Positions 32,129 through 41,089 of a stretch of 64,000 nt of DNA are shown piece after piece. The DNA lies in contig JAJTDM010000011.1 in assembly GCA_021300575.1 (NCBI GenBank), forward strand, positions 38,465-102,464, in the 5' to 3' direction. Made by a program: the position numbers and the translations under genes. Source of the stretch: Rubrivivax sp. GTDB taxonomy: Bacteria; Pseudomonadota; Gammaproteobacteria; Burkholderiales; Burkholderiaceae_C. The notes under the pieces are model-generated. The model saw nothing but the letters and a program-made list of their open reading frames with translations. It was not told where the DNA came from and ran no database searches. Numbering within the stretch: the stretch's first letter is position 1; each line of letters begins with the position of its first letter.

Positions 32129-33505
32129 TCAAGAGAGCTGGACATTCTTCACCTCCCCGCTGTCTTGCACGAGCCAGGTCTGGATGCTGTTGTTGTGATA
32201 GATCGAGCGCGTGCCGCGCACGGCGCGGGCCTGTCGGTAGGTGGGCTGGACATAGCCGGTCTCGTCCATGGCGCGGCTCTGGATCAGCGCCGGCTTGCCG
32301 TCCCACACCCAGTTGAGGTTGAAGCGGGTCAGGCACTTGGACAGCACTGGCGTTTGCAGCCTCGCCGTGCGCCAGTTGGCGCCGCCGTCCACCGACACAT
32401 CCACCCGGGTGACCTTGCCGCGGCCCGACCAGGCCAGGCCGCTGATGTTGTAGAAGCCCTTGTCCAGCAACACCTGGCCGCCCGAAGGCGTGGTGACCAC
32501 GCTCTTGCACTCCTGGATGCTGGTGTACTGGCGGTGCAGGCCCGAGGGCATGAGGTCGATGTAGTGGATGGCTTCGTCCTTGGCGGCGTAGGGCTGGTCG
32601 CCCACCTCGATGCGCCGCAGGTACTTGACCCAGCTCACGCCCTGCACGCCCGGCACCACCAGGCGCAGCGGGTAGCCGTTCTCGGGGCGCAGCATCTCGC
32701 CGTTCTGGCCGTAGGCCAGCAGCACCTCGCCGTTTTCCACCATCTCCATGGGGATGGTGCGCGTCATGGACGAGCCATCGGCGCCTTCGGCCAGCACGTA
32801 GCGGCCGCGCTTGTAGTCCACGCCACACATGTCCAGCACCATCTTCAGCGGCACGCCAGTGAACTCGCTGCAGCTGATCATGCCGTGGCTGTACTGGCAG
32901 GTGGGCACGGCCACGTTGCCCCACTCCATCCCGGTGTTGGCACCGCACTCGATGAAGTGGAAGCGGCTCACCGAGGGCAGCCGCATGAGTTCGTCCATCG
33001 TGAAGACCTTGGGCGTCTTCACCAGCTTGTCGTCCGAGCCATTGACCATCAGGCGGTGCTTGGACGGGTCCACGTCCCACCAGCCCTGGTGGTGGCGCTC
33101 GAAGTGCAAGCCGCTGGGCGTGACGATGCCGAACAGGCTCTGCATCGGTGCGAAGGACACCGAGGCCTGCGCGGTTTGCGTCAGCCCCGGGCTTTGCCGG
33201 CGCTGCACGTTGGCCTCGTACTTGGAGGGCTTGCCGTAGCCGTCGGTCACCACCGGTTGGCCCAGCCCTGCGGTGTGGGCCGGGTTGGTCAGGATGTTGG
33301 GGTCGCCCCCTTCACTGGGCACCGGATTGGACTGAGCCCGCACCGCCGTGGTGGCGGTGCCCGCTGCAGCGGCTGCGAAGGCCGCCCGGATGAAGTCTCT
33401 GCGGCCCGACTTCGCCTGGGCGAACACCGTCCGCGCGCCCTCCGGCGAGATGAAGTTCTCGGGCGCCTTGATCAGGCGCCCTGATGTCGATGCGTGGTCT
33501 GCCAC
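32129..33505 (-). CDS. soxC: sulfane dehydrogenase molybdopterin subunit SoxC
   Basis: Tat signal SGRRDFIRAAFAAAAAG and a sulfite-oxidase-family Mo-cofactor domain (HFIECGANTGMEW region). Confidence 0.9.
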   Translation of the reverse strand: MADHASTSGRLIKAPENFISPEGARTVFAQAKSGRRDFIRAAFAAAAAGTATTAVRAQSNPVPSEGGDPNILTNPAHTAGLGQPVVTDGYGKPSKYEANVQRRQSPGLTQTAQASVSFAPMQSLFGIVTPSGLHFERHHQGWWDVDPSKHRLMVNGSDDKLVKTPKVFTMDELMRLPSVSRFHFIECGANTGMEWGNVAVPTCQYSHGMISCSEFTGVPLKMVLDMCGVDYKRGRYVLAEGADGSSMTRTIPMEMVENGEVLLAYGQNGEMLRPENGYPLRLVVPGVQGVSWVKYLRRIEVGDQPYAAKDEAIHYIDLMPSGLHRQYTSIQECKSVVTTPSGGQVLLDKGFYNISGLAWSGRGKVTRVDVSVDGGANWRTARLQTPVLSKCLTRFNLNWVWDGKPALIQSRAMDETGYVQPTYRQARAVRGTRSIYHNNSIQTWLVQDSGEVKNVQLS

Positions 33506-33697
33506 GTCAATCCTTCCGGCGCTGAGTGGCCAGTTATTCTGAATATCAGCAAGTATGAATATATGGATGCGATCACGCCATTAGGGTAAACACGAGCCCT
33601 GGAGGGACTCGTGAGTCAACGCAGTGTCAGGTGGTGGCGATGAGCCCGGTCGGCGGCGCAGGCGCCGGATAAGGGAGGGCGCCTCGCGCGAACCGCC

Positions 33698-34123
33698 TCA
33701 GGCGTGGCCGATGACCGAGGCGGTGGCCACCAACTCCTCGAACAACGCCAGCGACACCTTGCCCGACACCGAGAACGGGTCCAGCGCGGCGGTGGCCGAG
33801 TACTTCAGCAACAGCGAGGGGTTGAGGCGCGACATGTTCACCTGGCCCATGGACCAGCTGGCGAAGCGCCGCTCGCCGATCTCTTCGTACAACAGCAACT
33901 CCACATCGGTGTGGCGCGGGTCGGCGCCGATGCGGTTGTAGAGCTTGTTGACGGCGCTGCGGCCCCCTTCGAGCACCTGCAGGAAGATGCCGCCGGAGTA
34001 GCACAGCACGCCAGTGACGCCTGTGGACGGGTTGTTGGCCTTGCTCTGGCGCAGGATGGTGACCAGCTCTTCCTGGTCCAGCGCCGGCACGGCCCGGCTG
34101 GCGTACATGAGTCGCACGAGCAT
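33698..34123 (-). CDS. stand-alone BLUF-domain blue-light photoreceptor
   Basis: MLVRLMYASRA...ILRQSKANNPSTGVTGVLCYSGGIFLQVLEG...FASWSMG matches the BLUF signature (Y, Q, W/M positions). 141 aa. Confidence 0.9.
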   Translation of the reverse strand: MLVRLMYASRAVPALDQEELVTILRQSKANNPSTGVTGVLCYSGGIFLQVLEGGRSAVNKLYNRIGADPRHTDVELLLYEEIGERRFASWSMGQVNMSRLNPSLLLKYSATAALDPFSVSGKVSLALFEELVATASVIGHA

Positions 34124-34127
34124 GGCC

Positions 34128-34883
34128 TCAGTTCCCCCTGTGCTTGGGCAGCAGCGACAGGAACTCGCGCCGCAGGTTCGGGTCTTTCAGGAAGGCCCCG
34201 CGCATCACGCTGTTGACCATGGCGGACTCGTTGTCCTTGACGCCTCGCCAGTGCATGCAGAAGTGGTCGGCCTCCATGACGATGGCCAGTCCATCGGGCT
34301 TGACGCGGTCCTGCAGTTCGTTGGCCAGCATGGTCACGGCCTCTTCCTGGATCTGCGGGCGGCTCATGATCCAGTCGCAGATGCGGGCGTATTTCGACAG
34401 GCCGATCAGGTTGGAATGCTCGTTGGGCATGAGGCCGATCCAGACGCGGCCGACGATGGGGCACAGGTGGTGCGAACAGGCGCTGCGCACGGTGATGGGG
34501 CCCACGATGATGAGCTCGTTCAGCCGCTCGGCATTGGGGAACTCCGTGACCGAGGGCATGCGGCGGTAGCGTCCGTGGAACACTTCTTCCAGGTACATCT
34601 TGGCCACCCGCTTGGCGGTTTCCTGGGTGTTGTGATCGCTCTCGGTGTCGATCACCAAGGCGCGCAGCACCTCGTTCAACTTCGCCTGCACCTCGGCCTT
34701 CAACTCCTCCATTTCGCCTTCCTGAATGAAGTCGGCGATGTTGTCGTTGGCATGGAAGCGCTGGTCGGCCGTGACCAGGCGGTAGCGGATGCGCTCCGAG
34801 GCGCTCAAGGCGGCGAGTTCTTCCTCGGTGCGGAAGATCCTGGCCGGAGCGTCTATCTTGCTGCGGGGCTTGTCGGACATCAT
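34128..34883 (-). CDS. folE: GTP cyclohydrolase I (FolE type)
   Basis: AGGAG RBS before the ATGATG at 34883. CSHHLCPIVG zinc site and the QIQEEAV block. Confidence 0.9.
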   Translation of the reverse strand: MMSDKPRSKIDAPARIFRTEEELAALSASERIRYRLVTADQRFHANDNIADFIQEGEMEELKAEVQAKLNEVLRALVIDTESDHNTQETAKRVAKMYLEEVFHGRYRRMPSVTEFPNAERLNELIIVGPITVRSACSHHLCPIVGRVWIGLMPNEHSNLIGLSKYARICDWIMSRPQIQEEAVTMLANELQDRVKPDGLAIVMEADHFCMHWRGVKDNESAMVNSVMRGAFLKDPNLRREFLSLLPKHRGN

Positions 34884-34920
34884 GGGCTCCTGCGGAGATG
34901 GAGTGGCATAGACTGCCCTG

Positions 34921-36061
34921 GTGGATCCAGTGTACGCCTCACCCGCGCTGAACCGGCTGCTGAGCGAGTGCGCTGACGCCGTGGCCGCCGTGCGCGCCGG
35001 GCGCTCGCTGACCGAGGTGCTGGCAGGGGTGCCGCCCGGGGCCCGGCCCGGGGTGCAGGCCCTGGCCTTCCACGTCATGCGCTGGATGGGAGGCGCTGAC
35101 GTGGTGCGTCAGGTGCTGGCCCCCCGCACCCCGCCGCCGCGCGTGGAGTCGCTGCTGGTCACCGGCATCGCCCTGCTGTGGCCCGACGCCGGCCCGCCCT
35201 ATTCCGAACACACCCTGGTGGACCAGGCGGTCACCGCGGCTCGGGAGCGCACGCCCGCCGCGGCAGCGTTCGTCAACGCGGTGCTGCGGCGCTTCCTGCG
35301 CGAACGCACCGCCCTGGTGTCGAAGGCCCAGCAAGACCTCACGGGCGCCTGGAACCACCCGGCCTGGTGGGTGGAGCGGCTGCGCAAGGATTGGCCCGGC
35401 CAATGGCAGCAGCACCTGAAGCTGGCCAACCTGCACCCGCCCATGACGCTGCGGGTGAATGCCCGCCGCCAGACCGCCGCGGGCTACCTGCGGCTGCTGC
35501 AAGGCCAGGGCCAGCAGGCCCAACTGCTGCAGGACCCAGCGTTCGGAGGCCATGCGGTGCAGCTGAGCCGGCCTTGCCCCGTCGACCGCCTGCCGGGCTT
35601 TGCCCCGGGCGGCCCGCCTGGGCCTGAATGCAAAGCTGCAGGTGGCCGACGCCCGACAGACCGCCCGCTGGTGGGACGGCAAGCCCTTCGATGCCATCCT
35701 GCTGGACGCCCCCTGCAGCGCCTCCGGCATCGTCCGGCGGCACCCGGACGCCCGCTGGCTGCGCCGACCGCAGGACATCGTGCAGCTGGCGCGCACGCAG
35801 GACGAACTGCTGCAGGCTCTGTGGCCCTTGCTCAAGCCGGGTGGCCGGATGGTCTACGCCACCTGTTCGGTCTTCATGGCCGAGGGGCGGGACCGGATCG
35901 ACGCGTTTTTGCAACGCCCCGAGGCCGACAGTGCCCTGCTGGACGCCGCCTCGCCCGGACATCTGCCGCCCCTGCTCGACAATCCACCGGTACTTCCCGG
36001 CTCCCCAGCCTCTGTGTCCGGTGACGGGTTCTATTACGCCCTGATTCACCGCCTGCCCTGA
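34921..36061 (+). pseudogene. rsmB: 16S rRNA (cytosine967-C5)-methyltransferase RsmB with an internal deletion and frameshift
   Basis: The N-terminal NusB-like part through ...VDRLPGFAPG is in frame 1 (ORF 34921..). The C-terminal part ARLGLNAKLQVADA...FDAILLDAPCSASGIVRRHPD...VYATCSV...GDGFYYALI is in frame 2 (ORF 35600..36061). The segment that in E. coli RsmB carries VQD..AAQ and the LDxCAAPGGKT SAM-binding loop is absent. Confidence 0.7.
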
Positions 36062-36093
36062 CCCGCCTGCCGTCCCTGCCCGTCCCGCCGCCG

Positions 36094-36668
36094 ATGCCGT
36101 CGCCGATGCCGTCGCCCCCCCCGCCGCGCCTGCCGGTGACCCGTCGCCAGTTGCTGGCCTGGCCTTTGGTCACGGTCGGGGGTGGGCTCGGGCTCGCCGC
36201 TGCCTGCGTGGGCCTCGGCACCCGCCATTGAACTGCTGACCCTGCGGCTGCAGCGGGCCGACGGGGTGCTGAGCCTGGACTTCGCGGCGCGCATCCATCT
36301 CTCCCGTGCCGTGGAAGAGGCGCTGCAGCGGGGCGTCCCGGTGTATTTCACGGCGCAGGCTCAGTTGCTGCGCAACCGCTGGTATTGGCGCGACGAGCGC
36401 GTGGCGCGCGTGCAGCGCACCTGGCGCCTGGCGTTCCAGCCGCTGACCTCCAGCTGGCGCGTGGGATTCGGCGGACTGAACCAGACGCAGGCCACGCTGG
36501 AAGAGGCGCTGGCGTCCCTGTCGCGCCTGAGCGATTGGAAGATCGCCGATCTGGCCCAGGTGGACCCGGACTCCCGGCACTACGTCGAGTTCTCCTTCCG
36601 GCTGGACACTTCGCAGTTGCCGGGCCCCATGCAGTTCGGGCTGACCACGCAGGCCGACTGGACGCTGG
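36094..36668 (+). pseudogene. DUF4390-family periplasmic protein, frameshifted after the signal peptide and truncated at the C-terminus
   Basis: Signal-peptide-like MPSPMPSPPPPRLPVTRRQLLAWPLVTVGGGLGLAAACVGLGTRH stops at 36229-36231 in one frame. The mature-type sequence AIELLTLRLQRADGVLSLDF...RWYWRDE...LDTSQLPGPMQFGLTTQADWTL continues in the next frame. The rest of ORF 36182..37204 beyond about 36668 overlaps the kinase gene and looks spurious. The DUF4390 family name is from memory. Confidence 0.55.
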
Positions 36669-36686
36669 CTGACGCTGGTCATCGGC

Positions 36687-38783
36687 GTGGTGGCCGTGCG
36701 CATGGTGCTGCGTCTGCGCCGCGGCAAGTTCGGCAGCCGGCTGCTGCTGAAGCTGGCGGGCATCTTTGCCATCGTCGGCCTGCTGCCCGGCCTGGTCATT
36801 TACACCGTGAGCTGGCAGTTCGCCTCGCGCAGCATCGAGAGCTGGTTCGACGTGCGCGTGGCCGGTGCGCTGGATGCGGGCCTGGCCCTGGGCCGCAGCA
36901 CGCTGGAGTCCTTGCAGTCGGACCTGGCGGCCAAGGCGGAAGTGGCGGCCGCGCGCCTGGCCGAACCCCCGGGCGTCATCGGCCCGCTGGCATTGGAGCG
37001 CCTGCGGGAGCAGTTCGGTGCGCTGGAGGTGTCGGTCGTGGCGTCCTCGGGTCAGCCGCTGGTGAGTGCGGTCGCGTCCGGGACCGGTGCTGCGGGTGCC
37101 GCGGGTGCGGGCGGCCTGGGCAGCCGGGAGCGGCCGCCGCCTGCCCTGCTGCGCCAAGCGCGCAGCGGCGGGCCGGCGAGTCAGATCGAGGGGCTGGAGG
37201 ATGACGCCGCGGGCGCCCGCATCCGCCTGCTGGTGCCGGTACCCAACAACGCGATCTCGCTGAATGCCGCCGAAGCGCGTTACCTGCATGTGGTGCAGCC
37301 GCTGCCCCGTGCGCTGACCAGCAACGCCCTGGCGGTGCAAGCGGCCTACAGCGAGTACCAGCAGCGCGCGCTGGCGCGGGACGCCCTGCGCCGCATGTAC
37401 ATCGGCACCCTGACGCTGGCGCTCGTGCTGGCCGTCTTCGGTGCCGTGCTGCTGGCCATCGTGCTGGGCAACCAGCTCACCCGGCCGCTCATCCTGCTGG
37501 CCGAAGGCGTGCGCGAGGTCGCCGCAGGCAACCTCTCGGCCCGCCCCGTTTTCGCCTCCAGTGACGAGCTGGGCGGCCTCACGCGGTCCTTTGCCGACAT
37601 GACGCAGCAGGTGGCCGATGCGCGCACCCAGGTGCAGCGCGGTGTGGACCAACTGGAGTCGGCCCGCACGCGGCTGCAGACCATCCTGGACAACCTGAGC
37701 GCAGGCGTCATCCTCTTCACCCGCGAGGGCCTGATCGACACCGTCAATCCCGGTGCCACGCGCATCCTGCGCCAGCCCTTGCAGGCCTATGCCGGGCGCC
37801 CCATGCAGGAGGTGCCGGAGCTGGCCCCTTTCGCAGACGCCGTGACCCAGCGGTTTCAGAACCTGGTGGCGGGGTCTGAGCCTGGCGAGCGCGAGCAGTG
37901 GCAAGACTCCTTCGAGCTGCGTGCGTCCCAGCCCGGCGCCATCACGCTGCTGGCGCGCGGCGCCATGCTGCCCGGCGACGCCCGCTTGCTGGTCTTCGAC
38001 GACATCACCGAGGTCGTCTCGGCCCAGCGGGCGCAAGCCTGGGCCGAAGTGGCGCGCCGCCTGGCGCACGAGATCAAGAACCCCCTCACGCCCATTCAGC
38101 TGTCGGCCGAGCGCCTGCAGCACAAGCTGGCCTCCAAGCTGGAAGGCGCCGATCAGGTCATGCTGGTGCGGGGCGTGGGCGTCATCGTCGACCAGGTCGA
38201 GGCCATGAAGCAGCTGGTCAACGAGTTCCGCGATTACGCCCGACTGCCCTCCGCCCAACTGCACCCCCTGGCGCTGAACGGTCTGGCCCTGGACGTGGCC
38301 TCCCTCTACGGCCAGGCGCAGGAGCAGGGCCAGCTCACACTGAGCCTTGGCTCAGACCTGCCCGACATCCTGGGCGATGCGGCCCAGCTGCGCCAGGTGA
38401 TCCACAACCTGGTGCAGAACGCGCTGGATGCCGTGTCTTCCCGCGAGGCCCCGCAGGTGGTGCTGGCCACCGAGGCTGTGCGCGGCGAGGCCGATGGCGC
38501 CGTCACCGCCGTGCGTCTGTCGGTGGTGGACAACGGCCCGGGCTTCGACGAGCAGGTGCTGCGCCGCGCCTTCGAGCCCTACGTCACCACCAAGCCCCGG
38601 GGCACGGGCCTGGGTCTGGCCGTGGTCAAGAAGATAGCTGACGAGCACCGAGCCCGCGTCCGCTTGCGCAACCGTCATGAGGGTGATGTGCCCGACGCCC
38701 CCGTGACAGGCGCCCGCGTTTCGATATCATTTTTCGCATTGGCACAATCTCCCGCGAGGGATGCGCCCCTGCGCCCCACCTGA
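36687..38783 (+). CDS. NtrY-like PAS/HAMP sensor histidine kinase (N-terminus apparently truncated)
   Basis: RRGKFGSRLLLKLAGIFAIVGLLPGLVIY TM segment, a second TM plus HAMP, a PAS region, H-box HEIKNPLTPIQLSAERL, and the ATPase G-boxes DNGPGF and GTGLGLAVV. The frame opens only at 36645, so the roughly 60-70 residue N-terminal TM region seen in homologues (from memory) has no coding space. Confidence 0.8.
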   Translation: MVAVRMVLRLRRGKFGSRLLLKLAGIFAIVGLLPGLVIYTVSWQFASRSIESWFDVRVAGALDAGLALGRSTLESLQSDLAAKAEVAAARLAEPPGVIGPLALERLREQFGALEVSVVASSGQPLVSAVASGTGAAGAAGAGGLGSRERPPPALLRQARSGGPASQIEGLEDDAAGARIRLLVPVPNNAISLNAAEARYLHVVQPLPRALTSNALAVQAAYSEYQQRALARDALRRMYIGTLTLALVLAVFGAVLLAIVLGNQLTRPLILLAEGVREVAAGNLSARPVFASSDELGGLTRSFADMTQQVADARTQVQRGVDQLESARTRLQTILDNLSAGVILFTREGLIDTVNPGATRILRQPLQAYAGRPMQEVPELAPFADAVTQRFQNLVAGSEPGEREQWQDSFELRASQPGAITLLARGAMLPGDARLLVFDDITEVVSAQRAQAWAEVARRLAHEIKNPLTPIQLSAERLQHKLASKLEGADQVMLVRGVGVIVDQVEAMKQLVNEFRDYARLPSAQLHPLALNGLALDVASLYGQAQEQGQLTLSLGSDLPDILGDAAQLRQVIHNLVQNALDAVSSREAPQVVLATEAVRGEADGAVTAVRLSVVDNGPGFDEQVLRRAFEPYVTTKPRGTGLGLAVVKKIADEHRARVRLRNRHEGDVPDAPVTGARVSISFFALAQSPARDAPLRPT

Positions 38784-38805
38784 GCCCTCGATTCCCGCAA
38801 CGCCC

Positions 38806-39567
38806 ATGTCAACGATTCTTGTAGTGGACGACGAACTCGGCATCCGGGCGCTCCTGTCGGAGATCCTGGCCGACGAGGGCCACACCGTGGAACTGGCCGA
38901 GAACGCCAGCCAGGCGCGAGCCGCGCGTGAGCGTTCGCGCCCCGACCTGGTGCTGCTGGACATCTGGATGCCTGACGTGGATGGCATCACCCTGCTCAAG
39001 GAGTGGGGCAGCGCCGGGCTGCTGACCATGCCCGTCATCATGATGAGCGGCCACGGAACCATCGACACAGCCACCGAGGCCTCGCGCTACGGGGCCTCGG
39101 CGTTCCTGGAAAAGCCCATCACGCTGCAGAAGCTGCTGAAAGCCGTGGACCAGGCCCTGTCGCGCTCCAGCGGGCCACGTGCGCCCGCTGCCTCGGGTGA
39201 GTTGGCCAACCACGCGAACGGTCCGGCCGCAGGGCAGGGCGCCGCAGGCCTTGCACGAACGGCCGCGTCCACCCCGGCCGCCGGCGCGGGCGTGCCGGCG
39301 GCCGCTGCGGGCGGCCCGATGGCGGGCGTGGTGACGATGGTGACCTCGGCCTTGCCGCCGCCCCGCCAGGCCTTCGACCTGGACCGCCCCCTGCGCGAGG
39401 CGCGCGACGCCTTCGAGAAAAGCTACTTCGAGTTCCACCTCGCCAACGAAGGCGGCTCCATGACCCGGGTGGCCGACAAGACGGGCCTAGAGCGAACCCA
39501 TCTGTACCGCAAGCTCAAGCAACTGGGCGTGGACCTCACCCGCACCAAGCGCAACGGCCAAGGCTGA
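38806..39567 (+). CDS. NtrX-like response regulator (receiver plus Fis-type HTH, no AAA+ domain)
   Basis: MSTILVVDDELGIRALL...LVLLDIWMPDVDG receiver domain and C-terminal HTH GSMTRVADKTGLERTHLYRKLKQLG. Confidence 0.8.
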   Translation: MSTILVVDDELGIRALLSEILADEGHTVELAENASQARAARERSRPDLVLLDIWMPDVDGITLLKEWGSAGLLTMPVIMMSGHGTIDTATEASRYGASAFLEKPITLQKLLKAVDQALSRSSGPRAPAASGELANHANGPAAGQGAAGLARTAASTPAAGAGVPAAAAGGPMAGVVTMVTSALPPPRQAFDLDRPLREARDAFEKSYFEFHLANEGGSMTRVADKTGLERTHLYRKLKQLGVDLTRTKRNGQG

Positions 39568-39594
39568 AGCCTCAGGCTATACTTTCAAGCTTAC

Positions 39595-39670
39595 GGCCAA
39601 GTAGCTCAGTTGGTAGAGCAGCGGATTGAAAATCCGCGTGTCGGTGGTTCGATTCCGCCCTTGGCCACCA
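39595..39670 (+). tRNA. tRNA-Phe (anticodon GAA)
   Basis: 76-nt cloverleaf read by hand: acceptor ggccaag/cttggcc, D-arm gctc-agttggt-agagc, anticodon stem gcgga/tccgc with loop ttGAAaa, T-arm ggtgg-ttcgatt-ccgcc, encoded CCA. Confidence 0.95.
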
Positions 39671-39680
39671 CCATTCGGAA

Positions 39681-39713
39681 CCGTCGTCTTACTTGTTGAG
39701 ACGGCGGTTTTTT
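39681..39713 (+). terminator. rho-independent terminator after tRNA-Phe
   Basis: Stem ccgtcgtct / agacggcgg followed by a T6 run. Confidence 0.7.
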
Positions 39714-39805
39714 CATTGTGGGAGTGGCGTTTTGAACGTCACTCACGCTGCTACCACTTTGCCCCCACGCTGCTGCCGCTGACAGCACAGGGCGAGGGCT
39801 GCTGA

Positions 39806-41089
39806 ATGACAGCCGCACTCAAGCAGCAAGACACTGACCGACACGCGGATAGCAACTCCGCTGCTGTGCTGTCGCTGGCCCACCAACGCAGGCTCACTGC
39901 CCTTCATTCAGCACCGCCCCACAGCGTGTCACTCCGCGACGGGGAACTGGTTGTCTATCGCCGCAACCGCAGTCTTCTCTACCAATGCCGCTACAAGTTG
40001 GCCGACGGCATTTGGGTGAGACAGACAACAGGCAAGGCCGCACTGGAACACGCCGTTGTCCGTGCCTGCGACTTGTATGACGAGGCCAGGTATAGACAAC
40101 GGCTGGGCCTCGCACACCGCACACACTCGTTCGCACACATTGCTGCTGTCTGCGTTGGTGAGTTGCGGCAACAGATAGACGTGAAGGGCAAGAAGACGGC
40201 ACTGAACGACTATGTGTCCTGTATTGAACGCTACTTCGTGCCCTACTTCGGCGAGAGGCAACTGGAGACGCTGACACGCAAGGACGTGGTGGAGTTTGAG
40301 GTGTGGCGGGACAGGCAAATGCTGCGTCGCCCAAAGACCAGCACGCTCAACAACTTCAGTTCTGCTTGGAACCGCGTCATTGCCACTGCGGTTCAACACG
40401 GCTATGTCAGCGAACGAGTGCCTGTGCCGCACCTCACCAGCAAGGGCGAGAAGGGCACGACAAGGCCTGCGTTCAGCGAGGACGAGGTGACAAAGTTGCT
40501 GGCCTTTATGGAGGAGTGGCAGCACAAGGGCAGGCTCGCAGTGGAACGCGAGATACGGCCCCTGCTACGCGACTACGTGGAGTTGCTGCTGCTGACGGGA
40601 ATGCGGCACGGCACGGAAGCAATGAACATCCGCTGGAACCACATTGAGTGGCACACGAAGGACGGTGTTCGCTACCTACGCATTTGGGTGAGCGGCAAGA
40701 CAGGCGGCAGGTGGCTCATAGCCAAGCACAGGGCGGTGGAAGTGCTCCAGCGACTACACGCAAGGCAGAAGGACATTGCGGCTATGTCGCTTGAAACGTT
40801 GTTCGCAGAGAGGGTGCCGCACCTGCTGTTCAGGTTCAGCGACGGCTACCAACCGCAGAGTCTGGTTGGCACCTTCCGCAAGTTGATGCGGGACAGCGGA
40901 CTGCTGAAGGACGGAGAAGGGAAAACCCGAACACTCTATTCACTTCGCCACACATATGCTACGTTGGAATTGTTGCGAGCGGGCACTGACATTCACACGC
41001 TGGCAAGACAAATGGGCAACTCTGCGGCAATGTTGGAGCGTCACTACAGCAAATTGACTGCGACTATGGCTGCGGAGAAGTTGGCTTGA
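39806..41089 (+). CDS. int: tyrosine-type site-specific integrase
   Basis: 427 aa. Catalytic-domain motifs LLLLTGMRHGTEA (Arg), YSLRHTYATLELL (His-x-x-Arg) and LERHYSK (Tyr). Adjacent to the tRNA attachment site. Confidence 0.9.
   Translation: MTAALKQQDTDRHADSNSAAVLSLAHQRRLTALHSAPPHSVSLRDGELVVYRRNRSLLYQCRYKLADGIWVRQTTGKAALEHAVVRACDLYDEARYRQRLGLAHRTHSFAHIAAVCVGELRQQIDVKGKKTALNDYVSCIERYFVPYFGERQLETLTRKDVVEFEVWRDRQMLRRPKTSTLNNFSSAWNRVIATAVQHGYVSERVPVPHLTSKGEKGTTRPAFSEDEVTKLLAFMEEWQHKGRLAVEREIRPLLRDYVELLLLTGMRHGTEAMNIRWNHIEWHTKDGVRYLRIWVSGKTGGRWLIAKHRAVEVLQRLHARQKDIAAMSLETLFAERVPHLLFRFSDGYQPQSLVGTFRKLMRDSGLLKDGEGKTRTLYSLRHTYATLELLRAGTDIHTLARQMGNSAAMLERHYSKLTATMAAEKLA
40936..41089 (+). repeat. 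direct repeat copy 1: the 3' end of int
   Basis: tattcacttcgccacacata...caagacaaatgggcaactctg.ggcaatgttggagcgtcactac... aligns by eye with 41873-42028, with scattered substitutions. Confidence 0.85.

Noticed and set aside
36669-37204. C-terminal ~180 codons of ORF 36182..37204
   Set aside because: Family-like DUF4390 sequence ends near 36668. The remainder overlaps the kinase gene out of frame and is Arg/Gly/Ala-rich noise.
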